64,000 nt of DNA from Isurus oxyrinchus (lineage: Eukaryota), in contig JANJGN010000301.1 in NCBI GenBank assembly GCA_026770705.1, forward strand, positions 62,001 through 126,000, read 5' to 3'. Positions 25,421-37,066 of the stretch are shown in pieces. Under the pieces are notes generated by a model that made no database searches, was not told the origin of the DNA, and was given only the letters and a program-made list of their open reading frames with translations. Each line of letters begins with the position of its first letter. The first letter of the stretch is position 1. The translations under genes were made by a program, and so were the position numbers.

Positions 25421-26262
25421 GGACAAACCAATTTTGTTGAGCATACAGGTGATTCTAACCAAACCAATTTTGTTGAGCATACAAATGATTCTGTGCGCTG
25501 TCGGCGAAAGTAATAGTCTTAGAGATTGGAATTACGCAAATTATTGCTTAGACTAGTTGTAAGCGAGCATATATCGCTAGAATTTATCTGAAGGGTAAAA
25601 AAGGTATTGAATTTATTTGAAACCACACTTTCAGGAGTATGCAATAGTTTTGGAGCAGGCCCAGAAGATATTTATTCAAATTGAACCAGAGATGAGACAC
25701 CTCGGGTATCTGAAGAAATTAGAGAAAAAGGACAAGAATCTTACAGGGGGATTATAATAGAGGTTTCTAAATGTCTGAAGGTTTGTTTTACAGAATTGTT
25801 AGTGAGATGCTAATTCCACTGGCAGAAGGATCGGTAGCCAACGTTCAGACAATTCGTAGGGGAATAAAGAGGAAAAGGTAGATTTTTTTTTTTGCAGCGA
25901 ATTGCTGTGAGCTGGGCTTTATTTCCTTTAGGGAGATGGGACCATATTCAGTTGTAACCTTCAAAAGGAAATTGTACGGATGCTTGGAAGTGGAAGACGT
26001 ACAGGAGTTTGGAAAAAGAGAAAGAGAGTACAACTAATTATAGGCACTTTTTTCCAGAGAGCGGGCACAGTTTAGATGGGGTGAGTGTGCCCCGTCTTTC
26101 CTTTAGGTTTGATGAGCCCATAAATCGGAATTGGATGAATTAAGTTTAGTAATTGTATTCTTCAGGCTGCTTTATGTGATATTAGCATAAGGAAACTTAA
26201 CAGAAACTACATTAGCGAATGCAATGGTATATTTGTAAATATAAGATATTACCTCAAGCCTT

Positions 26263-26530
26263 TCAGCTAAAGTGACATTGTTTCAGTTCACCCATGAGCT
26301 CTTCGAACGTTTGCCATTGCCTATCCACCGTCATCTCTTTAAGTATCATTTCCCAATCCATCATAGACAACTCGCGCCTCAAACCATCGTAGTTTCCTTT
26401 TTTAAGATTCAGGGCCCTAGTCTCAGAATCAACTATGTCACTCTCCATCTTGATGAAGAATTCTATCATATTCTGGTCACTCATCCTCAAGAAGCCTCGC
26501 ACAACTAGATTGCCATTTATTCCTTTCTGA
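26263..26530 (-). mobile_element. CR1 LINE ORF2 fragment (end of endonuclease / linker)
   Basis: SDQNMIEF...LNLKKGNYDGLRRELSMMDWE...VDRQWQTF resembles the CR1 SDHNMIEF..LNFxKANF motif. Confidence 0.75.
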
Positions 26531-27549
26531 CTGTTCTGATTTGAGTGTCATTACATTGTGGATTCCACCTCAACTTCAGAACCTGAGCATAAATATCAGA
26601 ATTCTAATCGGGCTATTGAAAATATGCTATCTTTTTGGGGAGATCATGAACCTTGGCTGTTCTGGGATGAATTAAAGTTCTCATGGTCCTACACTATATA
26701 TTGGTCAATATCCCTCTCTTGACCTTAAATAACCAAAGAAAGATTGCTGGGGTCCAAGCGACTTTCCTCTGCCGTTGATGTTTCTGTGTGTAAATCAAAC
26801 AAGCTCATCTTCAATTAGTGCACATAAAACCCATTTTACCTCCTGCTGAACGTGATGAGGTGGTCATCAGTGTCTGTTGACCTGCTAGTACGAGAATCAG
26901 TAACTTGCACCCAACATTTTTACATTAACTACAATGTCAAACTTTCAAACAGTGCTGAAAATAAAAATGTGCAATAGAAATAAAGAGGCAGTGTTGTAGT
27001 GGCGCTTTGGAAATCTGTAGACACGTAGTGGCAGCTGAACGGAGATTCTGCTCATAGTGCACAAGGATCTATCTGTGTTATTACTTTGCAAGAACATGTC
27101 ATTGTCTTTAGTCCACTCGAACTTATCTCAGTTGCACTGTACCAAATCATATTTTTGTTTATATTACACGAGACACTGGAACACGAATGAATGCACTAGA
27201 CCACGTTTCTCTATTTATGTAAAAATAAGGAGACGGTTCTACATAAAAATATACGAGCTAGGAATATATTAGGCAATCGACCGTTCGAGTCTTCACCACC
27301 AAGCAGTGAATTCATGGTTCATATTCTATCTCAATTCCATGTTACAGGAATATCCCCATATTCCTTAATTCTTTTTGTCACCAGAAGCCCCACAGCTCAA
27401 TGGGTACAGAACCATCAGTACCAAATTGTCGACCCCGTATGCTGAGACTGTGAGCCTTGGTACTAGATTCCACTGTGAAGCCGAAATCCGTGCAACCCTT
27501 TAAGAATTATATATGAGATCCTCTCTCGTTATTATCAAAGGGGAGTTGA

Positions 27550-28650
27550 AAATGACTGCCCTTGACATCAAGGCAGCATTTGACTGACGGTGGCGTCAAG
27601 GAGCCCTGGCAAAACTGGAGTCAATGTGCATTTGGGGGAAAGCTCTACGCTGGTTGTAGTCAAACACAGCACAAAAGAAGATCGTTGTGGCTGTTTAAAG
27701 TCAATCATCTCAGTTCTAGGACATCACTGCAGGAGTTCCTCAGGGTAGTGCCCTTAGCCCCACCATCTTCAGCTGCTACATCAATGACCTTCCTTAGATC
27801 AGAAGGTTAGAAGTGACGAGGTCCACAGATGATTGCACAATGTTCAGCACCATTCACGACTCCTCAGGTACTGAAGCAGTCCATGTCCAAATGCAGCAAG
27901 ACCTAGCCAATGTCCAGACTTGGGCTGATAAGTGGCAAGTAATATTCACGCCATACAGGTACCAGGCAATGACCATCTCCAGCAAAAGAGAATCTGACCA
28001 TCGCCCCTTGACGTGCAATGGCATTGCCATCTGTGAATCCCCCAATATCAACATCGTGGGTGTTATCGTTGACCAGAAACTGAACTGGACTATGCACATG
28101 AAAGTATGCCTACAAGAGCAGGCCAGAAGCTAGGAATCGTGCTTTGAGTAACTCACCTCCTGACTCACTAAAGCCTGTTCACTATCTAGAAGGCACGGGT
28201 GTGGTGGAATAATGTCCACTTGTCTGGATGAGCGCAACACTCAAGGAGCTTGACACAGCCCATGATCAAACACCCCACTTATTTGGCACCCCATCCACAA
28301 ACATTCATTCCCTCCACCACCGACGCACATAGCAGCAGTGTGTACCAAGGAATTCACCAAGACTCCTTAGACAGCGCCTTCCAAACTCAGGACCACGACT
28401 AGCAGACACATGGGATTACCAACATCAGGAATCAGCCCTCCAAGCCACCCAACATCCTGACTTGGGAAAATATCACCGCTCTTTCACTGTCGCTGGGTCA
28501 AAATCCTGGAATCCCATCTGTAATTGGACTTTGGGTGGACCTGCAGCACAGGAACTGCAGCAATTCAAGAAGGCAGCTCACCAACCCCTTCTCAAGGGCA
28601 ATTAGGGATGGGCAAAAAATGCTGGCCCAGGCAGTGGAGCCCACATCCCT
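27550..28650 (+). mobile_element. CR1-clade LINE, decayed RT and 3' tail
   Basis: ALDIKAAFD, AGVPQGSALSPTIFSCYINDLP and DDCTMF...MQQDLANVQTWADKWQVIF are read across frameshifts. The tail ends in an A-rich run near 28655. Confidence 0.85.
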
Positions 28651-29299
28651 TAAAAAAAATAATTTAAAAACCTTCAGTGGAACGTGTGCAAAGCCGACTT
28701 AACCTCTTCTCATGGGACAAGCACCTCATCCCAGGAATTAATGTGGTCAACCTTTGTTTTATCCTCTCTAAGGCAAATACATCCTTCCTTAGGTTTGAAA
28801 ACCAAAACTGTGTACAGTACCCTAGGAAATCTCACTGGGATATATACAATTAATTATACAATTGCTGTAAGGCTTCTAAACTCTTTTACTCTAATCCGTT
28901 TCTAAAATGGCAAACATAGCATTTGATTTCCTAACTGCAGACTGTGCCAGAATTTTAACCTTCCGTGATCTATAAGTAATATCCTGTCCCCACCCACCAA
29001 CACCCGCCCCCACCACCACCATCCCCCCATCCATCCAGCACCATCACCAAGTGCAGGATTTCACGCTAAGTCCGTCTTCTATGCTGCTTCCACACATTTA
29101 ACCGGTTTGTATTCCTTTACAGAATCTTAGTGTCCTCCTGAGAGCTATCTTTTCCATCAACGTTTTGGCATCGGCGAACTGGGGACATTGCATTCAGCAT
29201 CCACCTGGTGGCAGTAGGACCATACCTTCCTTTCGATTACAGCAGGCTTTGTTAAAAAATGCTTTAGACGATGCCACTGGTTTTAAAGGGTGTCCTCTC

Positions 29300-31020
29300 T
29301 CAGTTTTTAATGCACTAGACCATGCCGCTGATCATTTTAAACCAGATCATGTTTCTGTTTATATTGGACTAAGTGGCATTTTATTACAGCATGAGATTCG
29401 TCCCCTGCTTATTTCACACTAGGTCCTATTTTATTTAATACTGTACCAGACTATAGTTCTGTTAACTTTCATCCTATCTTTGTTTGTAGTAAAATGCGAA
29501 ATGTCCCTTTGCAGATTATTCCAGGCCTTATCTCAGTTTTCATTACACTAGATCTCTGTTAGTCCATATTACCCCGGACATTTATCTGATTTCATATCAC
29601 ACTAGATCATGTTTCTGACTCAATATCCCAGAACACCATGCCATTGTTCTATCTCCTACAGACTCGGTCTCAGTGCAATCCCGTAGCTGCTGCACGAGAT
29701 CACATATTATTCTATTTTGTACTGGACTAGTCTCTTGCGTCTTTGCACCCGTGTCGATCTCAGCTCCTTCTATTCTTTAACATGTGTTAGGCCATCTCTT
29801 AATTGTTACTCCATTCGACCATGTGTCTGTTTGTTTTCGGATGGAACCGGCGTCAGTTTATCATTGCCGTCCAACACATCCCTTCTGACATTACAGTCGG
29901 CCAGGTCTTAGATATTAATGAATTAAATTCTGCTTCAGCTATAATACACTGGGAGATGATTCAGTTAATCGTGCAGTCGGCCGTGTTTCAGTTTATATGC
30001 CAGGAGACCCTGTTCCTGTTTATATTACAAGAACATGACACTTCCTTTGTTGCTCTGGGCGCTGTATTCGTCATAATTGGACTGGATAAAGTTACTGTTT
30101 ACAATAATTGAGGGCCTGCCCAGTTACTGCAACTTTAGACTCTCTCTTTGTTCATATTACACAAGCTCCCAGCCATGTTTATATTGCAGTAGATGCTGTT
30201 CTACATATTACAATACACTGTTCAACTGTTTAAGTTACACTTAATCCTATCTCAGTTATTGGTGTACGAATATTATCTCTGTTCATATTACACAAAACTC
30301 TGCCACAGATATTAATGCACAAGAATGTGTCTTTCAACTTATTAAAGACTCGGCCTTGCCTCTGTTTTTGCGACAGTAGATCATGTCGCCATTTGTATTA
30401 TGCTGGACTGTGTCCAAGCAATTATTGCATTAGATGACCTTTCATTGTTAGCACTGTACTATCTAACTCTTTATCTTATGCGTAGCGCTTTTCTATGCTC
30501 TGCTTCAAATCACGTGGTTGCTTATATTGCGCAAGACCCTATCTCAGTTTTCACAGCACAAGTCAAAGTCATTGCTTATTTTAAAATAGACGTGTATCCT
30601 TTTAGTTTAGGATCGGCTTGCGTCAGTTATTACCGCGGTAGCTCATTTCTATCTTTATTTCACACTAGACCTTGTATCTCAACAAGGCATCACTGCACTG
30701 AAGAAATTGTTTCTTTATGTTAGACCACGATCCGTCAGTGTTTAAACTTCACCACTGGTTGTGCAATTATATCAGCACTAAATCTTGTCTTCGTTTGAAT
30801 TACGCTAGATGCTTGTTTCAGTTTTTATTTCGGTATTCCATGCCTACCTCACAAAGCACTGAGTTAGCACTTACTTAGAATATGTCTCTGGTTAAAATAA
30901 CTGAAACATTACTTTCATTTATATTGCACAAGGCCTGCCTCAGTTATTGCATTACGAAGCTAAAAATTTCTTTATAATAATCCAGATTATGTGTCTATTT
31001 ATATTACAGTGGGTTTTGTG
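29300..31020. repeat. Old degenerate minisatellite, about 27-30 bp unit (approx. TATATTACACTAGACCCTGTCTCAGTT)
   Basis: Recurring atattacac/ctagat/gtctcagtt motifs at roughly 30-bp spacing over 1.7 kb. Confidence 0.65.
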
Positions 31021-31268
31021 GCACCTAGTACTCCACTAGAGTGACGTAACCATGCACACAAGTGATCTTTGCTACCCCAACTGGACTGCCGCTAACTGCG
31101 TTTATTTCTTGCTTACGTCTATCACCTGGTCATTTCTGCTGTTTGTAACAGAGCAACTTTCGGGATATCATTGTGGTGATCGTGAGCCAAGGAAACAAAC
31201 CTTGATTAAGCACGTGCCTGGTAAGACTTTAACATTATGGTCAGGAATATTTTGCCAGGACTTTAGAG

Positions 31269-31844
31269 ATGACGGCTGTTGAGCTGTTCCTGATCTCCTT
31301 TGTAATAGGTATACTGGGACATGTGAGCCCTGTGTTGATATGACTTATCATTCTACCCCTTGTAATCCGTAAATGTTAAAATGTCTTTCTTTCTCTAGTG
31401 TGAATTATCCAAATGTCCCTTATAATAGTTATACCGTAATTGTGGACTGGAATGTTCATAACCAGTAAGTGTGTTAACTGAAGTTTCTATATTATTTTAC
31501 AGATAAAACCCAAGGGAGTTCGGTAATGCAGAGTCAATATGAGTTGAAGGTACATGAGGGAGATAATCCACTTTTGAACTGTAAATACAACTCCAGTTCT
31601 CATGATCCGTGTTGCTGCTGGTACCGGCTGTGCCCGAACCAGGCACCCCAGTCTCTGTTGTACTATGATAAAACTAGGTGCAGGGATGCGGAGTTTGCGA
31701 ACGGAAAATTCGATGCTCGTGATTTCCGTCAATATCAAGTTTTTCCTTTGTCAATTTCTGCAGCAGAGCCTAAAGACAGCACCATCTATTTCTGCGGATT
31801 GAGGGTCACAGTGTTTCAAAGCCACTCTACTCCGTATAAATCAT
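31269..31844 (+). CDS. TCR alpha/delta V segment, open frame, cysteine-rich (functionality doubtful)
   Basis: Leader 31269-31308 MTAVELFLISFVI|gtatac. Open V exon 31503-31806: ...LLNCKYNSSSHDPCCCWYRLCPNQAPQSLLYYDKTRCRD...DSTIYFCGLRV. RSS CACAGTG (31807-31813), 22 bp, ATAAATCAT. Confidence 0.8.
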
Positions 31845-33185
31845 CGTTATACCAGAGAAAAGCTGGAGAGATAAGCAAAGGCATCTGCCATGGAGCGACT
31901 CTTCAAAAATAAAATTTGTCATTAAGAAAATGATGAAAAACACATTTTTCATGTTCTAACACAATGGTGTCAAGGATTACGGATATCATTTAGCTCGAGT
32001 GAATCGAGGAACCTTTTCTTTCCCTTGCAACAGAGAAACTAAGGAGAATTTTAATTGAGATGATCAAATTTATGAAAATTTCCTTAGAAAGTACATGAGG
32101 AGAAATCTTTTCTTCTGGCAGGAGGGTCGATAATCAGATGGTATCGATTAAAGTTAATAATTCCGGGGCGGGCGGGGACGAGGGGTGGTGGGGGGTGGGG
32201 GGGGGGGGGGGGGCGGTTTAATGACTTGTTTCAAGGCGAGTTGTTGTGATCTTGAAAGCCTTCCTGAAAGAATGATGGTAGCAGATACAATATTAAGCAA
32301 TTGGATAAATGTTTCAAAATGAAACATGCAGGTCTACAGAAAAAGAAAATAGCCTCGCGTTTATTGGATAACTCCTGCAGGCTTCAAGCACATGCACGCT
32401 TAACCACATGACCTCTTTATGTGCTGTGTTATCAATTAATCCTACAAACCACAGTCAATTCTCACTCCGGTGTAAGCTGTACTGTGGAGCACTTTCACCA
32501 TACACACACTGGCGGTTGGAGGAGAAGGCTCATCATAACATCCTTATGTGAAGCGTGGGATGGGCAATAAATGCCGATCTTGCCACCGTCGCCCATAACT
32601 GGGCAATGGCTAGAACAACACTAGGAAAAGCAACTGCTCCCTTATGGCAATCATCGTGTGATTTCTTCCTCAGTGTCTCTTATTCACCCTTCCCTTCCTT
32701 ATTTGTGTCTCTTCCGTCTTTTTCAGTCCTGTTATTCTCTCTCCGAGTTTCTCTGGTTCGCTATTTTCCTCCTGCAACATGAAGAATGTACAGTTGTTCT
32801 TTAAATGGCCTGATTATTTTCTCTCCTGACCAAGAGGTGTGAGGAGGGGAGGGAGGGGCGAATTGCCAAACAGAAACTCCATCCAGAATAGTTCCCCCAG
32901 CCGCCAATCATTGTCCCCTCCTCCTTCCATCTACTGAGTGATGCCATTAGACGGCGTAGGAGGAAGTAGAGGAACTATATTTGGCCAGTCAGCACTCGTG
33001 TCAAAATGTGGTGACCGAGTTTACTCATTCACTACTTCTTATTGGAAAAGAATTACAGAAGAATTACAAAAGCCCCCGCCCCTTACTCCCCTTCCGTTAA
33101 AGCTCTCTGGAGAACTGTTTCTTAATGTAACAGATTGCAACAGTAAATATATCTGCTTTTCGAAGAGATTGTTGCTCAGGATATA

Positions 33186-33657
33186 ATGTGGCTTATGCCA
33201 CATCGTCATCTGATTTTATTGTGGCTGATGTTCGGTAGGTGCAGCCAGATCATTTTATCCGTTTGCAGTTATGTGATGTTAATAGACTTTTAAACTCAGT
33301 ATTGCATTCGTTTTTCGTTACGTTTTATTTTAGGTTTGATTCAGGCAGATTCTGTGTCCCAACCTCAGACCTCACTGCATGTTACTGAAGGAGACAGCAA
33401 GAAAATAGACTGTAGCTACACAACAAATCATAGTAATCCCGGCCTGTACTGGTACAGACAGCACACGAATCAGGTTCTGCGTTTTATTTTGTATCGAGAT
33501 AGAAGCAGTAAAAGAGATGCAGATTTTACCAAAGGGAAATCCGAGGCGGGTCAGACTAACGAAGGAAAGAAGTTTCCTCTAACGATCACTTGAGCGGAAA
33601 TCCAGGACACCGCCGCAACACACTGGTTTAAAACTCATCTGTCGCTGTAAAAAAACC
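33186..33657 (+). pseudogene. TCR alpha/delta V pseudogene
   Basis: Leader 33186-33234. V exon from 33334 (DSVSQPQ...DCSY...LYWYRQH) has a TGA in FR3 and lacks YYC. RSS CACACTG (33619-33625), 23 bp, AAAAAAACC. Confidence 0.88.
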
Positions 33658-33689
33658 CGCAGTGATGTAGAACTACCAGCTCAAAGAAA

Positions 33690-34100
33690 CCGACCCTTTG
33701 TGGGTAAGTGCTATCCGCGGCTCAGTTTAACTGTTCCATCTCACAACTCTGCTTCTCTATCAGAAATGTGTGTGTTCAGGCCCCACTCTAGAGGCGTGAG
33801 CACATAACTCAGGCTGACACTTCTCCTGCCAGTATGAAGGGAGTGCTGCAATGTCCGTGGTGGCATTTTTCGGATGAGCTATTAAATGGAAATTCCGCCT
33901 CTCACGCACTCCCGCCCTCCTCCCCGAGGATGACCTTAAACACCCCACCACTTATTGCACAAAAGAGCTGGTCAAATCTCCTGTGCATTTAAACCTCAAA
34001 CGATATCAGTGAAACAAATGATCACACTGCTCTTTGTGGGAGCTTGCTATGCATAATTTGACCATTTCCTACATTACCATAGTGACTGCAATTCCAATTT
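33690..34100 (+). mobile_element. DeuSINE/SacSINE1-like element
   Basis: Deu-domain-like block caggctgacact...gaagggagtgctgca...ttcggatgag (recalled resemblance). Related copy at about 52250-52540. Confidence 0.55.
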
Positions 34101-34722
34101 ACTTAATTCCTACTACGGGGCAGTCTGGATGGACTGGGCCATCCTTTGATTTCTGTAATTGTTGATGGAAATAGTAAATTAATTATAGCAACTTGTGGGC
34201 CTGTCCACATCTTTTTCTGTTTTTCACCCAACACTGGTACAAATGGTGTATGTAACTCGACTTGGCCTCAGGACTGGCCTTTGCGGCGCTGCGTAAGCAA
34301 ATGGGATATTCTGTGCACCAATCCATGAACAGTTATTGAGCGCAGCCCCTCAAAAGGCTCTCTACTCCCACACTAAGAATATTGGACTGGATTTAAAACA
34401 GCTCGCCTTCACTTTTCTGATAATTTGACTCATTAATCTGCTCTCCTCCATCTTCCCTTTATCTATATCTGAGACAACAGGGTTTTGATGACCTAGTTTA
34501 TTTTTTGAGCTGAAAAACAAAAACCGCAGGATGGCAGTTATACCAGTCAGAAAAAAAAATCCACAGTGAAATATATGCATTCCAGCGAATTCTTCTGGCG
34601 GTTTGTAAACTTGAGCAAATGTTTCTACCAAGAGCTTGTTAGGAAATAGGGAACATGGCAGTATTAATCTCAATATTTTCAGTTATTATCATTTTTCAAA
34701 CCATATGTGTGCTAGCTCCATG

Positions 34723-35244
34723 TGAGAGTTGGAGAAGTTTTGTAAAGCGGGGAGAACAGAATAAAATAGGTCAATATTCCTGGAAATATTGCATCACATC
34801 ATAATGTAGTCACAATGTAATACAAGTCAGTCAACATCTGAAAGTGAGCAACATCAGCAAGTCCACGCGTTCCTAAGTTATCTGAGCGACAAAGAGTTCT
34901 TAGACTTCTCTAATTGATCTCTGCTTTATTAAATAGTTTTCATTATTTTTCATCACCATTGTTGGACCATGGCACTGTAGTGAAGTTCACGGCAATGCGA
35001 GTACATAATTGCCACTTTATCTTAGCAGTTACGCAAGATGGTGGGGTAGCGGCAATGTCACTGGTCCCTGTAAGGCCTTAGGTCACTTAGGAACGCGTTG
35101 ACCTGCCGGTGTCTGTCACTTACAGATGTTGACTGCGTTGTATTACATCGTGATTACTTTATGATGTGGTGCAATATTTCCAGGATTGTTATCCTCCTGA
35201 TTCTATTCTGTTCTCCCCGCTTTACAAAACTTCTCCAACTCTCA
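34723..35244. repeat. Inverted repeat, about 160-bp arms (34723-34885 and 35080-35244)
   Basis: tgagagttggagaagttttgtaaagcggggagaacagaata...cgcgttcctaag is the reverse complement of cttaggaacgcg...tattctgttctccccgctttacaaaacttctccaactctca. Confidence 0.9.
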
Positions 35245-36493
35245 GGCGGTGCTGATGTGGAGACTGGGTTCAATCTCCCCACCCCCCCCCCACCCCCCAC
35301 CCCGGCCCCCCACAGCAACTAGTGGAATTGAATCTGTTCAATTAATTAATAAAACCAATCTCGAATTGAAAACAGCTTAGTCCCAATGGCGATCATCTAT
35401 TGTCATAAAAAATCTGATTCTCTAATGTCCTTTAGAGAAGGGAACCTGCAGTCCTTACGTGGTCTGGCCTGCATGTGACTCCACAGCCCCAGCCATGTAG
35501 TTGAGCTTTAAGTGCCTTCTAGAATGGCCTAGCAAGGTAATTCGTGTTGGGAAGCAACTTCTGGCTGTATTCATATATTCCCTGATATATTTGGTCTCTT
35601 TGCTGCCCTCTTAATGCAGCATTTAAAAGTGTCGTGTGATTAAATCAAATCTCGCTGGCACTTCTACTAAATCATCAGTCACTCTTATCTCCCATGTTGA
35701 TTACAAATTCCCCACTGCACAGGATGTTGCTTCCATTTAGTGGACATTTTCTCTTCATTGACACATCGGAATTAGTGCCAAATATGAATCATCAAAAATT
35801 ACAGTTGCTGAGATATGGTGTTAATCTCTACTTGGACAAAACATATCCATGGAATCGAATGAAGTTAGACAGAGAGAAACAGACAGAGTAAACTGATTGA
35901 TAAATTTCACAAGATGTGTATAATTTGTTATAATACTCCTGAGCAAAGTAAGGAGCTAAAACTGCAATAGAATGGAACATAGCAGACAACATAGTGAAAG
36001 AAATCAAGTTATTTTCAAAATCATCTTATTTTCAATTTCCAAGCTATCTGACGCAATGATGTTTAAACCTAACTGAAAGTGAAACATACTAGATGAAACA
36101 AAGTTATGCACGGTAACATTGAACGTAATACAGTCGGTGCAAACACGAGCAGAAAACTTTCCGTTAGGATTCAGTTAGCAGTTGGTTTTCAAATGCTAGG
36201 GCGCATAAAAGATCAAAAGCTAAAAAGTTCGACAGGAAAATAATCCCGAGGAACTTCTTTGATTGATCCGAAAAGGATTATTTCAGTAAAAAAGCAATTT
36301 CTTAAAAAAGATCTTGTGTTTCTGAATGTCCGGCCAAACAGGTCTGGAAAAAAAAGACAGTCTGTTTAACTACAAAACCAACTCATTTTAGAACAATAAT
36401 ATAATTTTTAAAGTTACATATGAAAAGTTAATGCTCCCGATCTCTCTCCCGTCCTCTCTCTGCGCGTCCTTTCTCTATTTCATTCCCTCTCGA

Positions 36494-36722
36494 AGTAAAG
36501 CTCCCTCTACGTTGTCAAAAAGAAACCCAGGGCAGATACAGCACGGGGTTAGATACAGAATAAAGCTTCCCCTATAACATCCACATCAAACACTCCCAGA
36601 GCAGGTAAAGCACGGGATTAGATACAGAGTAAAGCTTCCTGCATACTGTCCCCATCAAACACCCCCAGGACAGGTACAGCACGGGGTTAGATCCAGAGTA
36701 AAGCTCCCTCTATAATGTCCCT
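36494..36722. repeat. Tandem repeat, about 68-bp unit, about 3.4 copies
   Basis: Unit gtaaagctccctcta...tcccatcaaacactcccaggacaggtacagcacggggttagatacaga. Confidence 0.9.
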
Positions 36723-36759
36723 GTAAATCACACCCAGATTTGACGCAACTGTTAGTCTA

Positions 36760-37066
36760 AGGGAGAGAGGGGCAGACGAGGACAGAGACAGAAAGATATA
36801 GAGGCAGGGAGAAACAGAGACAGTCAAAGAGAGAGAGAGAGAGCCTGCCGCTCATTCTATCAAATCCTTCGGTTCAATTTCTGATTTCCAGCAAATTGTG
36901 TTTTAATTTTGTCCCATTGTGCGATTTCAGTCTGACTAAATCCGGTTCTGCTGAGCAACGGACATCGAACTGTCAGCGACCGCAGTACAGAAACCGATCG
37001 TTTAACTGCTGTTTAGAACTGGAGAAACTGAACAGTGAGAACGGTTAACAGCTGCACGTCCCTCAG
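36760..37066 (+). repeat. Direct segmental duplicate of 41320-41635
   Basis: About 300 bp of colinear similarity beyond the GA tract (gctcattctat...ttccagcaaattgtgttttaattttgtcccattgtg...gaaactgaacagtg..aacggttaacagctgca). Confidence 0.88.
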
